From Yuukianura sp. NJ FZ-2021 (Eukaryota), in contig CM102289.1 in NCBI GenBank assembly GCA_046563655.1, positions 3,286,001-3,350,000 on the forward strand: DNA of 64,000 nt, given 5' to 3'. The notes beneath the pieces were generated by a model. That model did not search any database. It was not told the origin of the DNA and was given only the letters and a program-made list of their open reading frames with translations. Every line of letters begins with the position of its first letter. Position 1 is the stretch's first letter. This document shows, piece by piece, positions 24,801-36,607 of this stretch. Position numbers and translations under genes: made by a program.

Positions 24801-27800
24801 AAGTACTTCCAAAGTTTGTTGTACGTTGTTTGATTAAATTCTACAAAAGAATACGGGATTCTAAACGTTATGTATGGCGCCATACGTTTTACGAAAGAGC
24901 GGGAAGAAAACATTTATTTTGAATAAAAGTCACTTTTGAACAAAAGTTAGTCTGGAACTTGATTAAAAACCAAAGACTTTGTTGGATTTAATGGAAAAAA
25001 GTATTAAATTATGCTTACCAGATTTAGCCATATATTTGTGGTTAGGATTTGATCCTTTTCGTTCTGCCGTGTGCCATGGACGAAAAAGTGTTGAAGCGAG
25101 AAGAAAGCATGGAAAGTGAAAAGAAAAAGAGAGGGAAAATGAGAGAATAATTTGAATAATTTGGAATACAAATTGCATTTTGTATGCAAGGCGAGTCCTG
25201 AGAAAAGCATCTATGGTATAGTTGCGGATAAAATGAAAGGCAAACTCTTTCTTCCTAAACCTAAATCCAACCATATACTGTTGTTAGTACATAGTACCTA
25301 AACGTAACCTAGGCTAAGCCTAACCTAAAATCTCTTGTTTAGTTAAAGTTTAGAACAAGAAGTCGCTCTCAGAGGCCCTTGCTCATAAATTTGAGGATGA
25401 AGGCTAATGGTAACCTGAGGGAAATCGTGCCTGAGATAAATGCCAGGTAGGGAAATTGGTGTGGGTGCATATGCCAGTATAGTGGCTTTAGTAACGTCAG
25501 ATGCTCCTGCTCCTGTCGCCCCATTACTTAGCTTAGGTCGCTTTCTCCTTCTTACTCCACGGCCTCTTCGTGCTTTCAGTCCAAAGAGAAAGTCTTTTTT
25601 CTTGTGGGAAGTTCAAATTTCTTTTGTGTTGCCACCTTTGGGTACAAGAGAGAGACCCACATTAACTCGGGAAGCCTAACCTAACCCCGACTTCATTTTT
25701 CACTGAAGCATAATTTAGAAAAGCAAGGGAGTCCCTTATGGAGACGTTCGGAGTCGTTTAGCTAAATCACCTCCATTTGAACCAGGAAATGAACGTCCTC
25801 AATCTCCTCATCTTTTTAAAACCAACTTCCTTTCTTTTCTTTATACTGCGTTTAGTCAGACTTAAAGTCACACAATGCCATCAGCTTTTAGTCTTCCATT
25901 GATACTTGATACACAAATTCTAAATTCATATTAACTTATCATTTTAAGCGCTAAAATTTCTAAACGTTTATCCTTATGTAAAATGCAAAAAATCAAAATA
26001 GAATTTCTTTCGGTGAAAGAAAATTGACAATTTCTGAGCAGAGCATAAAGTAATACTACGACCTTTGCTCATTGTCATACGCTTTTGAAAAGAAAATTCA
26101 TTGGTCAAACTGGTTGTCACAAATAAAATAATCAAACGAATGCCTGATAAGAGTGAATCTCTTGCCAGTTCACTGACCTAAATTCCAGAGTGTTTTTGTT
26201 TTTCTGGAAAGAAAACTTTATCTTACTGCACTTCCGTGTTTAACGTGACCTAATGCAAAGTTTTAGTTTAAATTGTTACTCCTCAGAATTCAGAGAACGG
26301 TTTAAAATTTGATAAAACAGGTCATTGGACTTCACTGTTCAAGTTATTTAGTTATACTTGTAGCGACGTTAGGAGCAATTTTGAGCTCAGCATATTCTAA
26401 TATAAAATCGGAATATTTGTGCATTTGCTCCATTTGTTGTTTATTTACTGTTAGAATGTTTCTGCAAATTTTTGCCATTTCGGTTATACTACTTTACATT
26501 TTGTGGTTCTGTTTTGAAAATTTCAGAGGGAATGTTGGAAAACCTCCGGGTATTTTGCATTTATGGCCCAAATCCATTTTCAAAACTTAAAAAAAATTTT
26601 TCTTATTTTTTTTCCGTGTACAAAGGTCCAATTCAAATTCCGCCGTTTGGAAATTTGGTTCAGATCTTTATTGAGCACAAGAATGGTCATGTTGCACTGC
26701 AGAAGCTAGCAAAAAAGTATGGAGACATCATGAGCATAAAATTGGGACTACTAGACACAGGTACATCCTAAAACGAAAATAACAAGCTAATAAACAAAAG
26801 TTAAGTTTTAGTTTTCAAATTTGAATTTTGGTTTTCATAAAACTACACATTATAGTAGTTTTTTCATCTTATGATGCGGCAAGACAAGTATTTACAAAAG
26901 AGGAAGCCGCTGGCCGAAACTGTACTGGTTTCCTTTGGGACAGGAACTTAGGGCAAACGGATATTGGTAAAGAAATTTTCAAATTTGATAAAAATGCAAC
27001 TAAGCTATATTATGTTCCAGAACCAATGTTATCACGTTACGTTGCAATGTTGTAGAAAAATCGGATGTTTTGTTTCAGGTTTGACATTATCCGAGGGAGC
27101 GCCAAATGACGAAACAAGACGCTTTTGTAGAGACACGCTCAAAAAATATGGATATGGAAATCGTGAATTTATGCGGAATATGGTTTTAGATGAACTTACA
27201 GAATTGATGAAGTTCATGGAAAATGAATCAAATTCAAATCCCGAAAACAAAGTCCACTTTGGATCTGATTTTTTCCATGGTACTTATCTAAATATAACGT
27301 CAACGTGGATGATTGGCAAACGATTCAACTATGATGACCCGGTATATCAAAATCTTCTCGCCGCTGAACATGAGTTTGCTAAGAATGGAGTTATTGGTGT
27401 TGGAATCATGACTGCCTACCCGTTTCTTAGACACATTTTTCCAAAAGCATTGGGATATGATGTGCAAATTAGAGGAATACGTGGGTTTCAGGACATTGGA
27501 TTGGTAACTAAGTAGTATATTTAATTTAAGAAAACATTTCAAATATTTTGTCTGAATTTAGTTAGTATTAAAATACTGCGTAAAATTAATTCACAGAGTT
27601 TTTATTTTTGTTTAATTGGAACTTTAGAGGCTTTTGCGAGAAAGGAAAAAAGGAGACTACAGAAACGAGCCAAGCTGTTTTACAGATGATTTTCTGCAGA
27701 AAATGGATGAAAATTCTCTGAAATCAAATCAACTGTATACAGGTGAGCTCTATGTGGCGATGTAATATGTTTTGTCTAAATTCCACATTTACAAAATATT

Positions 27801-30800
27801 TTAAAACTTTTATTGATATTTGTCAGAGGCGCATTATGTGGTTTTGTTTGCTGATCTTCTACAAGGTGGAACGGATACTGCTAGCAATGTTATAAATTTT
27901 ATTCTGCTGCATCTTGTTGCAAACGAAAAAATTCAAGAGAAAGTGTACCAAGAAATCTCAACTGTAATCGGTTCATTTAGACTACCACAAATTGAAGATA
28001 AACTCCAGTACTACGCACTAACGATTTTTATAACTTGGGTTGTCCACCACTGTCTTGTTTGATTTTTTTCTTAGAATGAAGTACACGCATGCTGTAATTT
28101 TAGAAGGCCTTCGTTGGTCCCGTGTTCTTGTCATGGGTGGACCAAGAAAAGCAATGAAAGATTTTTCCTACCGGGGCTACGTTTTCAAAAAAGTAAGAAA
28201 CATATATAGCCAGCCAATACAGGCAAAAAATTAACCAAACTGAATTCCCGAATACATTAGAACTATATTTTAACTAATTTGAAGTATATTTCATTATTTT
28301 AGAACACTGTTTTGATGTTCAATACTCAAAGCATATTCTTTGATGAAGAGACATGGGGTGACCCACAGGTTTTTCGACCTGAGCGGTTCATTGACCTCCA
28401 AGGAAACATCGACTCCAAAAAGCAGGAAATCGTTTCTGTCGCTTTTGGAACAGGTCAGTATAGCATATATTACTGATATTGCACAATTTTCAACAAAACA
28501 TATCTCGTTTCTTAAGTTATGCTTTTTTTTTCATAGGAAAACGAATGTGTTTTGGTGAAGGCTTTGCTCGTGACAGTTTGTTCATTTTCATCACAACTTT
28601 GATTCAGAAATTCAAATTCCGGCTTCCGCCTGGAGCCAAGCCAAATTTAGAACCCCGAGTTGGAATAAGTTTATTTGCTGACCCCTACGATGCTATCGTC
28701 ACTCTACGCGAAAAATAAAAATCACTTTGAATTCGTTAACTAATTAAAAGCAACGGCCTCCTTATGGAGAGTCTCCGAGAAGTTTAGCCAAATCACCTCC
28801 ATTTGAACCAGGAAATGAACGTCCTCAATCTCCTCATCTTTTTAAAACCAACTTCCTTTCTTTTCTTTATACTGCGATTAGTCAGACTTAAAGCCACACA
28901 ATGCCACCATCTTTTAGTCTTCCGTTGATACTTGATACACAAAATCCAAATTCGAATTAACTCGTCATTTTAAATAGTATTTTTGAGTAAGTTTATCGAT
29001 GTGTTAAAATACAAAAATCGAAATAGAATTCCTGCGGTGAAAGAGAATTTACAATTTCTGAGCATAGCATTAAGTAATATTACGACCTTTGCTCATTGTC
29101 ATACGCCTTTGAAAAGAAAATTCAGTGGTCAAACTGGTTGTCAAAAATAAAAATAATAGCTATAAAAACCAGTTATATTTGTGGCGACGTTAAGAGCAAT
29201 TTTGATCTCAGCAAATTCTAATATAAAATAGGAATATTTCTGCATTTGGTCCAATTATTCTTTGTTATCTGTCGCAATGCTTTTACAAATCATTGCCATT
29301 TCTGCAATACTACTTTACATTTTGTGGTTCTGTTTTGAAAATTTCAAAGGGAACGTTGGAAAACCTCCGGGTATTTTTCATTCATGTCTCAAATCAATTT
29401 CCAAAACTTTTTTTTTCTTATTTTTTTTTCTGTACAAAGGTCCAATTCGAATTCCGCCGTTCGGAAATTTGATTCAGATTTTTATAGAGCACAAGGATGG
29501 CCATATTGCATTGCAGAAGCTAGCAAGGAAGTATGGAGACATCATGAGCATAAAATTAGGGCTGCTAGACACAGGTACATCCTAAAACCAACTTAACAAA
29601 GTGATATGCCAAAGTCAAGTTTTGGTTTCAAAAATTGAATTTTGGTTTTTAACTGCACATTATAGTTGTATTTTCATCCTATGAGGCCGCAAAACAAGTA
29701 TTTACAAAAGAGGAAGCTGCTGGCCGAAACTGTACTGGTTTCCTTTGGGACAGGAACTTAGGGCAACCGGATATTGGTAAAGAAATCCTCAAATTTTAAA
29801 AAATGTAGCTACATTTTGTTCAAGAACGAAAGTTATAAAGTTGTAATGTTGCAGAAGAATCGGATGTTTTGTTTCAGGTTTGACATTATCCGAGGGAGTG
29901 CCAAATGACGAAACAAGACGCTTTTGTAGAGATACGCTCAAAAAATATGGATATGGAAATCGTGAATTTATGCGAAATATGATTTTAGATGAACTTACAG
30001 AATTCATGAAGTTTATAGAATATGAGTTAAAATCAAATCCCGAAAACAAAGTACACTTTGGATCTGAGTTTTTCAATGGTCCTTATCTAAATATAACGTC
30101 AACGTGGATGATTGGCAAACGATTCAACTATGATGACCCAGAATATCAAAATCTTCTTGCTGCTGAGTATGACTTTGCTAAGAATGGAGTAATGGGTGTT
30201 GGAATTATGACTGCCTACCCGTTTCTTAGACATATTTTCCCAAAGGCATTGGGATACGATGTGCAAATTAGAGGAATACGTGGCTTCCAAAGCATTGGAG
30301 TGGTAACTAAGTAGTATATTTAATTTAAGAAAACATTTGAAATATTTTTTTCTGAATTTATATTAACCTTTTTAATATAATTTTAATAAAAGGTTAATAT
30401 TAATATTAACCTTTTTCTCTGAATTTAATTAGTATTAAAATACTGCGTAAAATTAATACACATCGTTTTTATTTTTGTTTCATTGGAACTTTAGGGGCTT
30501 TTGCGAGAAAGGAAAAAAGGAGACTACAGAAACGAGCCAAGCTGTTTCACAGATGATTTTCTGCAGAAAATGGATGAGGATTCTCAAAAAGCAAATCCAC
30601 TGTATACAGGTGACTTATTTGTTGCGATTAATCTGATTGATCTAAATTTTACATTTGCAAAATATTTGAAAGCTGTTAATGATTTTTTTGTCAGAGGCGC
30701 ATTATGTGGTTTTGTTTGCTGATCTTCTACAAGGTGGAACGGATACTGCTAGCAATGTTATAAATTTTATTCTTCTGCATCTTGTTGCAAACGAAAAAAT

Positions 30801-33800
30801 TCAAGAGAAAGTATACCAAGAAATCTCAACTGTAGTGGGTTCATTTAGACTACCACAAATTGAAGATAAACTTCAGTAACGCATTAACAATTTTTACAAC
30901 TTGACTTTTCCAGCTGCGTTTAAATTTCTGTTTGATTTTTTAGAATGAAGTACACACATGCAGTAATTTTAGAAGGCCTTCGTTGGGCCCGTGTTCTTGT
31001 TATGGGCGGACCAAGAAAAGCAATGAAAGACTTTTCCTACCGAGGCTTCGTTTTCAAAAAAGTAAGATAAATACTTTGGGATCATATTTCAACTACTAAT
31101 TTGAAACATTTGAATATTTTAGAATACTGTTATGATGTTCAATACCCAAAGCATATTCTTTGATGAAAAGACATGGGGTGACCCACACGTCTTTCGACCT
31201 GAACGGTTCATTGACCTCCAAGGAAATATTGACACCAAAAAGCAAGAAATCGTTTCTCTCGCTTTTGGAACAGGTCAGCGCTCAATGATATTACGGATAC
31301 AATTTTAAACAAAACATATATCTATCTCCTTTTTTAATTGTCTAGTTTTTTTTCTCATAGGAAAACGAATGTGTTTTGGTGAAGCGTTTGCTCGTGACAG
31401 TTTGTTCATTTTCATCACAACTTTGATTCAGAAATTCAAATTTCGGCTACCGCCTGGAGCCAAACCAAACTTGGAACCACGAGTTGGAGTGACTTTTTTG
31501 CTGACCCTTACGATGCTATCGTTACTCTACGCGAAAAATGAAATCCATTGAGTTACCTAATTAAAAGCAACGGCCTCCTTATGGGACTTTCCGAGAAGTT
31601 TAGCTAAATCACGTCCATTTGAACCAGGAAATGAACGTACACATTCTGTTCATCTTTTTAAAACCAAATTCCTTTCTTCTTTTTATACTGCGTTTAGTCA
31701 GACTTAAAGCCACACAATTCCACCAGCTTTTACTCTTCCATTGATACTTTTGATACACAAATTCTAAATTCAGATTTTAAACTCATCATTTTAAACAGTG
31801 AAATTTCTAAGGGTGTTTAACCATGTGTAAACAAGAAAATTAAAAAAGTAATCCTTCGATGCAAGAGAAGTTTCAATTTCTGCGCATGGCAATGAATAAT
31901 ATTACGACGTAATTTCATTGCCAAACGCTTTTGAGAAAAAAATCATACCAGTTGTGAACGCCTACTAATGCGACTGAATTTTTTGCAACTGACCTAACAC
32001 GCTAGAGAGTTTTTGTTTTTGCATACACAAAGCCCTCTCTTAAAGCAACGCCATGTTATTGGTCCATTTTAGCTACACCTAGTGCAAAGTTTTAGCTGCA
32101 GTTGTGAAATCTGCATTGCAACTAACAGAATGCACAGAATGGTTTAGAATATGATAAAACAGGTTTTTAGCAACCGCAGACTGAAGCGATTTCACTCTCT
32201 ACGTTTTGCAGTTATCCTTGTAGCGACCTTTGAAACACATTTAACTCAACTTATTTGTTTGCAGTTTAAATATTTTTGCATTGGATTCATTTGTACTTTG
32301 TAATCTGTCACAATGTGTTTCCAAATCTTTGCCATTTCTGTAATACTGCTTTATATAGTGTGGTTCTATTTTGAAAATTTTAAAGGGAACACTGGAAAAC
32401 CTCCAGGTATTGTTTTATTCAAATGACAAAGTATCACTCAGAAAACATTTTTATTTTTTCTGTGTATAAAGGTCCAATTCGAATTCCGCCGTTTGGAAAT
32501 TTGATTCAGATCTTTCTGGAGCGCAAGGTAGGTCATGTGGCCTTGCAGAACTTGGCAAAAAAGTATGGAGACATCATGAGCATAAAAATGGGGCTAGTGG
32601 AAACAGGTATGCCCTAAGCAATATGCCAAAGTTAAGTTTTGGTTTTTAAATTTTAATTTTGGTTTACATTTGGGAACTGCGCATTAGTTGTATTTTCATC
32701 TTATGAGGCCGTAAAACAAGTTTTTACAAAGGAGGAAGCTTCTGGCCGAGACTGTGCTGGTTTTTTGCTGGATAGAAATTTTGGGCAGAGTGATGTTGGT
32801 AAATCTAATATGTATAACTTATAAAATGTAACCTTATACAGTGAGGGGCACGAAAACCTGCACACCCGAAATTTGTTTCTATGGTAACATCTAAAACTGT
32901 GGAGGCGAAAACGTAACTTTTTCGTTGGAAACTTAAAATTTGATGCAAATCTCTCATTTTGGTTTTTTTTCGTGAACCGATTTGCCCCCAAAATTATTTC
33001 TAAACTAACGTTATAACGTAATGCTGTTATGTTGCAATGTTCTATAAGAATCGGATATTTTGTCTCAGGTTTAATATTTTCCGAAGGAGCTCCAAATGAC
33101 GAAACACGACGCTTTTGTCGAGAAACTCTCAAAAAGTACGGATATGGAAATCGTGAATTTATGCAGAATATAGTTTTAGATGAACTTACAGAACTAATGA
33201 AGTTTATAGAAAATGAGTCCAAATCAAATCACGAAAACAAAGTTTACTTTGGATCTGAATTTTTTCATGGTGCTTATCTAAACATAATGTTGACATGGAT
33301 GGTTGGCAAACGATTCAACTATGATGACCCGGTATATCAAACTATTCTCGCAAATGAACATGACTTTGCTAAGAATGGAGTACTCGGTGTTGGAATTATG
33401 ACTGCCTACCCGTTTCTTAGACATATTTTTCCAAAAGCATTGGGATACGACTTGCAAATGAAAGGAATACGCGCCTTTCAGGAAAGTGGAGTGGTAAGTT
33501 ACCACTGGTAACTATATAGAAGCATATTTCGAAAAACGTTTCAAATTTTTTTTATGTAAAAACAATAAAGCTGTTTTTTTAATTGGAACTTTAGAAGATT
33601 TTGCGTGACAGAAAAAAAGGAGACTACAGCAACAATCCGTCATGTTTTACAGATGATTTTTTGCAGAAAATGGATGAGGATTCTCACAAAGCAAAACCAT
33701 TATATACTGGTGAATTTCTTGTTGTGGTGTAATTTTTTTTGTATAAATTTGGTTTTGGAAAATGAAATATAGCGTTCCTGATTTATATTTTTTAGAAATG

Positions 33801-34964
33801 CACTATTCGGTTGTTTTTACTGATCTTGTACAAGGTGGAACGGACACGGCTAGCAATGTGCTCAACTTTATTCTGCTGCATCTTGTTGTAAACGAAAGAA
33901 TTCAAGAGAAAGTTTACCAAGAAATCTCAAGTGTAATCGGCCACTATCGACTACCACAAATTGAAGATAAATTGCAGTGGGCATTAAGAATTTTTTTTAC
34001 CTTGACTTTTCAAACTGAGTGAAAATTTTTGTTTGATTTATTTTAGAATGCCATACACACATGCTACAATTTTAGAAGGTATTCGTTGGGCTCGTGTTCT
34101 TGTTGTGGGCGGACCCCGAAAAGCATTGAAAGATTTTTCCTACCGAGGCCTCGTTTTCAAAAAAGTTAGAGGAATATATAGCAAAGTGAATTCCCGAATA
34201 TTTTAGAACAACATTTTTACTAACTTGAAGTATATATTTCAAAATTTTAGAACACGGTTCTGATGTTCAATACCCAAAGCATATTCTTTGATGAAAAAAC
34301 ATGGGGTGACCCGCATGTCTTTCGACCTGAGCGGTTCATTGACATCCAAGGAAACATTGACGCCAAAAAGCAAGAAATCGTTTCTGTCGCTTTTGGAACA
34401 GGTCAGTATATTACTAATTTTGTACAATTTAAAAAAATACAGGTATGTATCATCTTTTGTTCAAGGCAAGACGTATTTTTTTGTCATAGGAAAACGAATG
34501 TGTTTTGGTGAAGCTTTAGGTCGAGACAGTTTGTTCATTTTCATCACAACTTTGATTCAGAAATTCAAATTTCGGCTCCCGCCTGGAGCCAAACCGAAGT
34601 TGGAACCCCAAGTTGGAGTATCTTTATTTCCTGAACCTTACGAAGCTATCGTCACCCTACGCGAGAAATAAAATTCACTTTTCAATTGTTAACTAAAAAT
34701 TATAATGCATTTCACTAACTTTAAATACTAAATTCTATGGTGCTTTTTTAAAACATTGGAAGCCTGCCCGAAAAACCTAGGATGTAGGACAAGTTTATTT
34801 GAAAAGTGACGCTCTTACCACATCGATGATCTGCATAAGTGTTAACCCGAAACTGACCCTAAGTGCTTCGCTTTCAATGGCGACAGGCCTCTCGAGTATA
34901 TTGTACCTCTTGACTTGAAGCAAAAATTCCAGAAGGCTTTTTTCCATCTCCCCTCCATTGACAC
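9811..34964 (-). CDS. nAChRalpha6: Nicotinic acetylcholine receptor alpha subunit, alpha6-type (alpha7-like group); signal-peptide exon 1 not located
   Basis: Exons: 34819-34964 (YNILERPVA...LTLMQIIDV), 25019-25063 ([15 protein letters not shown]), 24213-24322 ([11 protein letters not shown]), 23052-23232 (Cys-loop [15 protein letters not shown]), 22831-22906, 21445-21479, 20921-21080 (loop C YT|CCPEPY, TM1), one exon 8, 13437-13546 (TM3), 9811-10254 (TM4, APHIIVQ*). All phases are compatible. Vicinal Cys indicates an alpha subunit; triplicated exon 8 is characteristic of insect alpha6. Confidence 0.92.
16254..16340 (-). CDS. nAChRalpha6: nAChR alpha6 alternative exon 8c
   Basis: 87 nt, AG/GT flanked, encodes [30 protein letters not shown] (VFSLLV signature of the c variant). 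Confidence 0.88.
17521..17607 (-). CDS. nAChRalpha6: nAChR alpha6 alternative exon 8b
   Basis: 87 nt, AG/GT flanked, encodes [30 protein letters not shown]. Confidence 0.9.
19579..19901. mobile_element. MITE-like foldback element with about 90-bp imperfect inverted arms
   Basis: TTCGTAGCAGCCAAGCCTGAAAAA...CTACTGAGCGATCAGCA at left mirrors TGCTGATTGCTCAGTAG...TTTTTCAGGCTAGGCTGCTACGAA at right; non-coding. Confidence 0.65.
20005..20091 (-). CDS. nAChRalpha6: nAChR alpha6 alternative exon 8a (TM2 and TM2-TM3 loop)
   Basis: 87 nt, AG/GT flanked, encodes [30 protein letters not shown]. Confidence 0.9.
26456..28718 (+). CDS. Cytochrome P450, CYP2 clan, copy 1 (nested antisense in nAChR intron)
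   Basis: N-terminal anchor, PPG|P hinge, I-helix [10 protein letters not shown], ExxR (EGLR), FRPERF, heme motif [11 protein letters not shown]; multi-exon. Confidence 0.92.
29277..31551 (+). CDS. Cytochrome P450, CYP2 clan, copy 2 (apparent 1-nt deletion near C-terminus)
   Basis: Near-identical to copy 1 with the same motifs. The T run at 31494-31499 is 1 nt short relative to copies 1 and 3, shifting the last ~14 codons; the corrected stop would be 31539-31541. Confidence 0.88.
32313..34671 (+). CDS. Cytochrome P450, CYP2 clan, copy 3 (more diverged)
   Basis: [31 protein letters not shown]; same intron positions as copies 1 and 2. Confidence 0.92.
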
Positions 34965-36607
34965 CTAAAAATTTAAAAAAAAAAGAATTGTTTGAGCGAA
35001 TACCAAAATTATTGTTTTAGGAAGAACAAAACTGACACAATTTGACACTAAATGTTAAATGTGAATGAATTTTGCTCATCAGAACACGAATTTCTAGCGC
35101 TTTGACATTGAAGTGGCCAGTGCATATTTTTGCCGAGAATTAAACTTATGGCAACAGAAAGTTATTGCGTTCCATTAGAGACAATGAAATATTTATTTGA
35201 GAGTCAATTTGTAATTAGCGAGACTGTAAGTTTGAGTGAATCTGTCCAATGTGGAACCCCTGTAGGTTAACTTTCACTTTAAAAGTGTCGAATGTCGTAA
35301 ACAAGAAGTGCCCACTTCTGTGGGATTTTGGGCTCGAGGAAGTGACTTTGACACTTTCCTGTTAATGTTTCAGTAGTGGGTGCACTGTAACACTTTTGAA
35401 GTTGCCTAACCTAACGTAACCAACTTTGTCGCCTTTGTTTCCATCGTATGAATTCTGAACGAGGACCGGGAATCACCGGGGGATATCATTTGGTATTAGA
35501 ACAAATGTTGCGATTTCGGAGACTGCCCTTTCTCCCGCACTTCCTAGGACGCACGTAATTGGATAATAAAATTATATGAGACAAAGTGAGAGAAGCAGAA
35601 AGCCAGAAGTAACGAACAGCTCATTACAGAGCACGTTTGTTGTTGCTTCAATTGTGGCGCAACATTCCATCCTTTCATATTGCTCTGCATCTGCTTTTGT
35701 GGTGGAATTAAAGCGCCGTGTTATTCAATTTGATACTGGACATCTTCTACGCGTTGAAGTGAAAAGATGTAGTGAAACCATTTTGTTCTGTCGACACGTA
35801 TTAGTAGGCAATTTTAAAGAACAAAGTCCAAACATGTCTAGAATTGAAACTTTCTTGTTATTCTGACAGAAAGAACTGGAAAATTAGCTTAGAGGCGTTT
35901 TAGTCACATCACATTCGTCAATCCTCGGGGACGAACCACGACTTCCTTAGAAAATGGCAAAATAAATTCAAAAACTTCATACACTCAAGTGCAAGTTCAT
36001 GTTCATGGACCAATACGTTTACTTTCATTTTGAGTTGGAAATATTTTAGTGTCGGAAAGTCTCATAGGGAATATGCCGCCAGCGTCAAGTTGACAAATTG
36101 TGGTTTTACACAATTTCAAATAAAGCAGCAACTAGCCGCGTACTCCTTTCATTTTTCTTTCCAGAAATCTATTAGAGTGTCCCTTGACATGAAACGTCAA
36201 TTGTTGGTTTCAGTTGATGGGGCATGTGCAAATATTTTGTGGTGAGGACATGTAATGCACTTCTTTTTTTGAGTTTTGAAATTGGAAAACTGAAACTAAC
36301 AAAATTTGGTATTTTAAGACACAGCAATGTGTTTGTATTTTGCAAAATAACAAGTTAGTACTGTTCGAATAAAAAAAATAGTTTTACGCCTGTCGCTCAA
36401 TCAATTTCAACCAACTATTAAAGTCATATTTGTATTTATTTCACTCCAAGTACCCTGCATGCAGGCCATTACACTTGAGTTCAAGTAAAGGAAAGATGTG
36501 AACTTTAGTTAATTAGTAGGTCAATGAAAACAAACATTTAAAAACACGAGGTACATAATTTAAAAAGAGTTACATTGGCAAAATTAAGATTAAAAGTTAA
36601 AATTACT

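Noticed and set aside
24792..24841. Another exon-3-like segment (NLIKQRTTN...)
   Set aside because: Wrong length, in-frame stop and weak similarity.
25770..25815. Exon-like segment repeated at ~28795 and ~31610
   Set aside because: It is part of the P450 tandem duplication unit and does not translate to an nAChR-like peptide.
32837..33000. Tc1/mariner-like end (TA-CAGTG) in a P450 copy-3 intron
   Set aside because: No matching opposite terminus found; at most a fragment.
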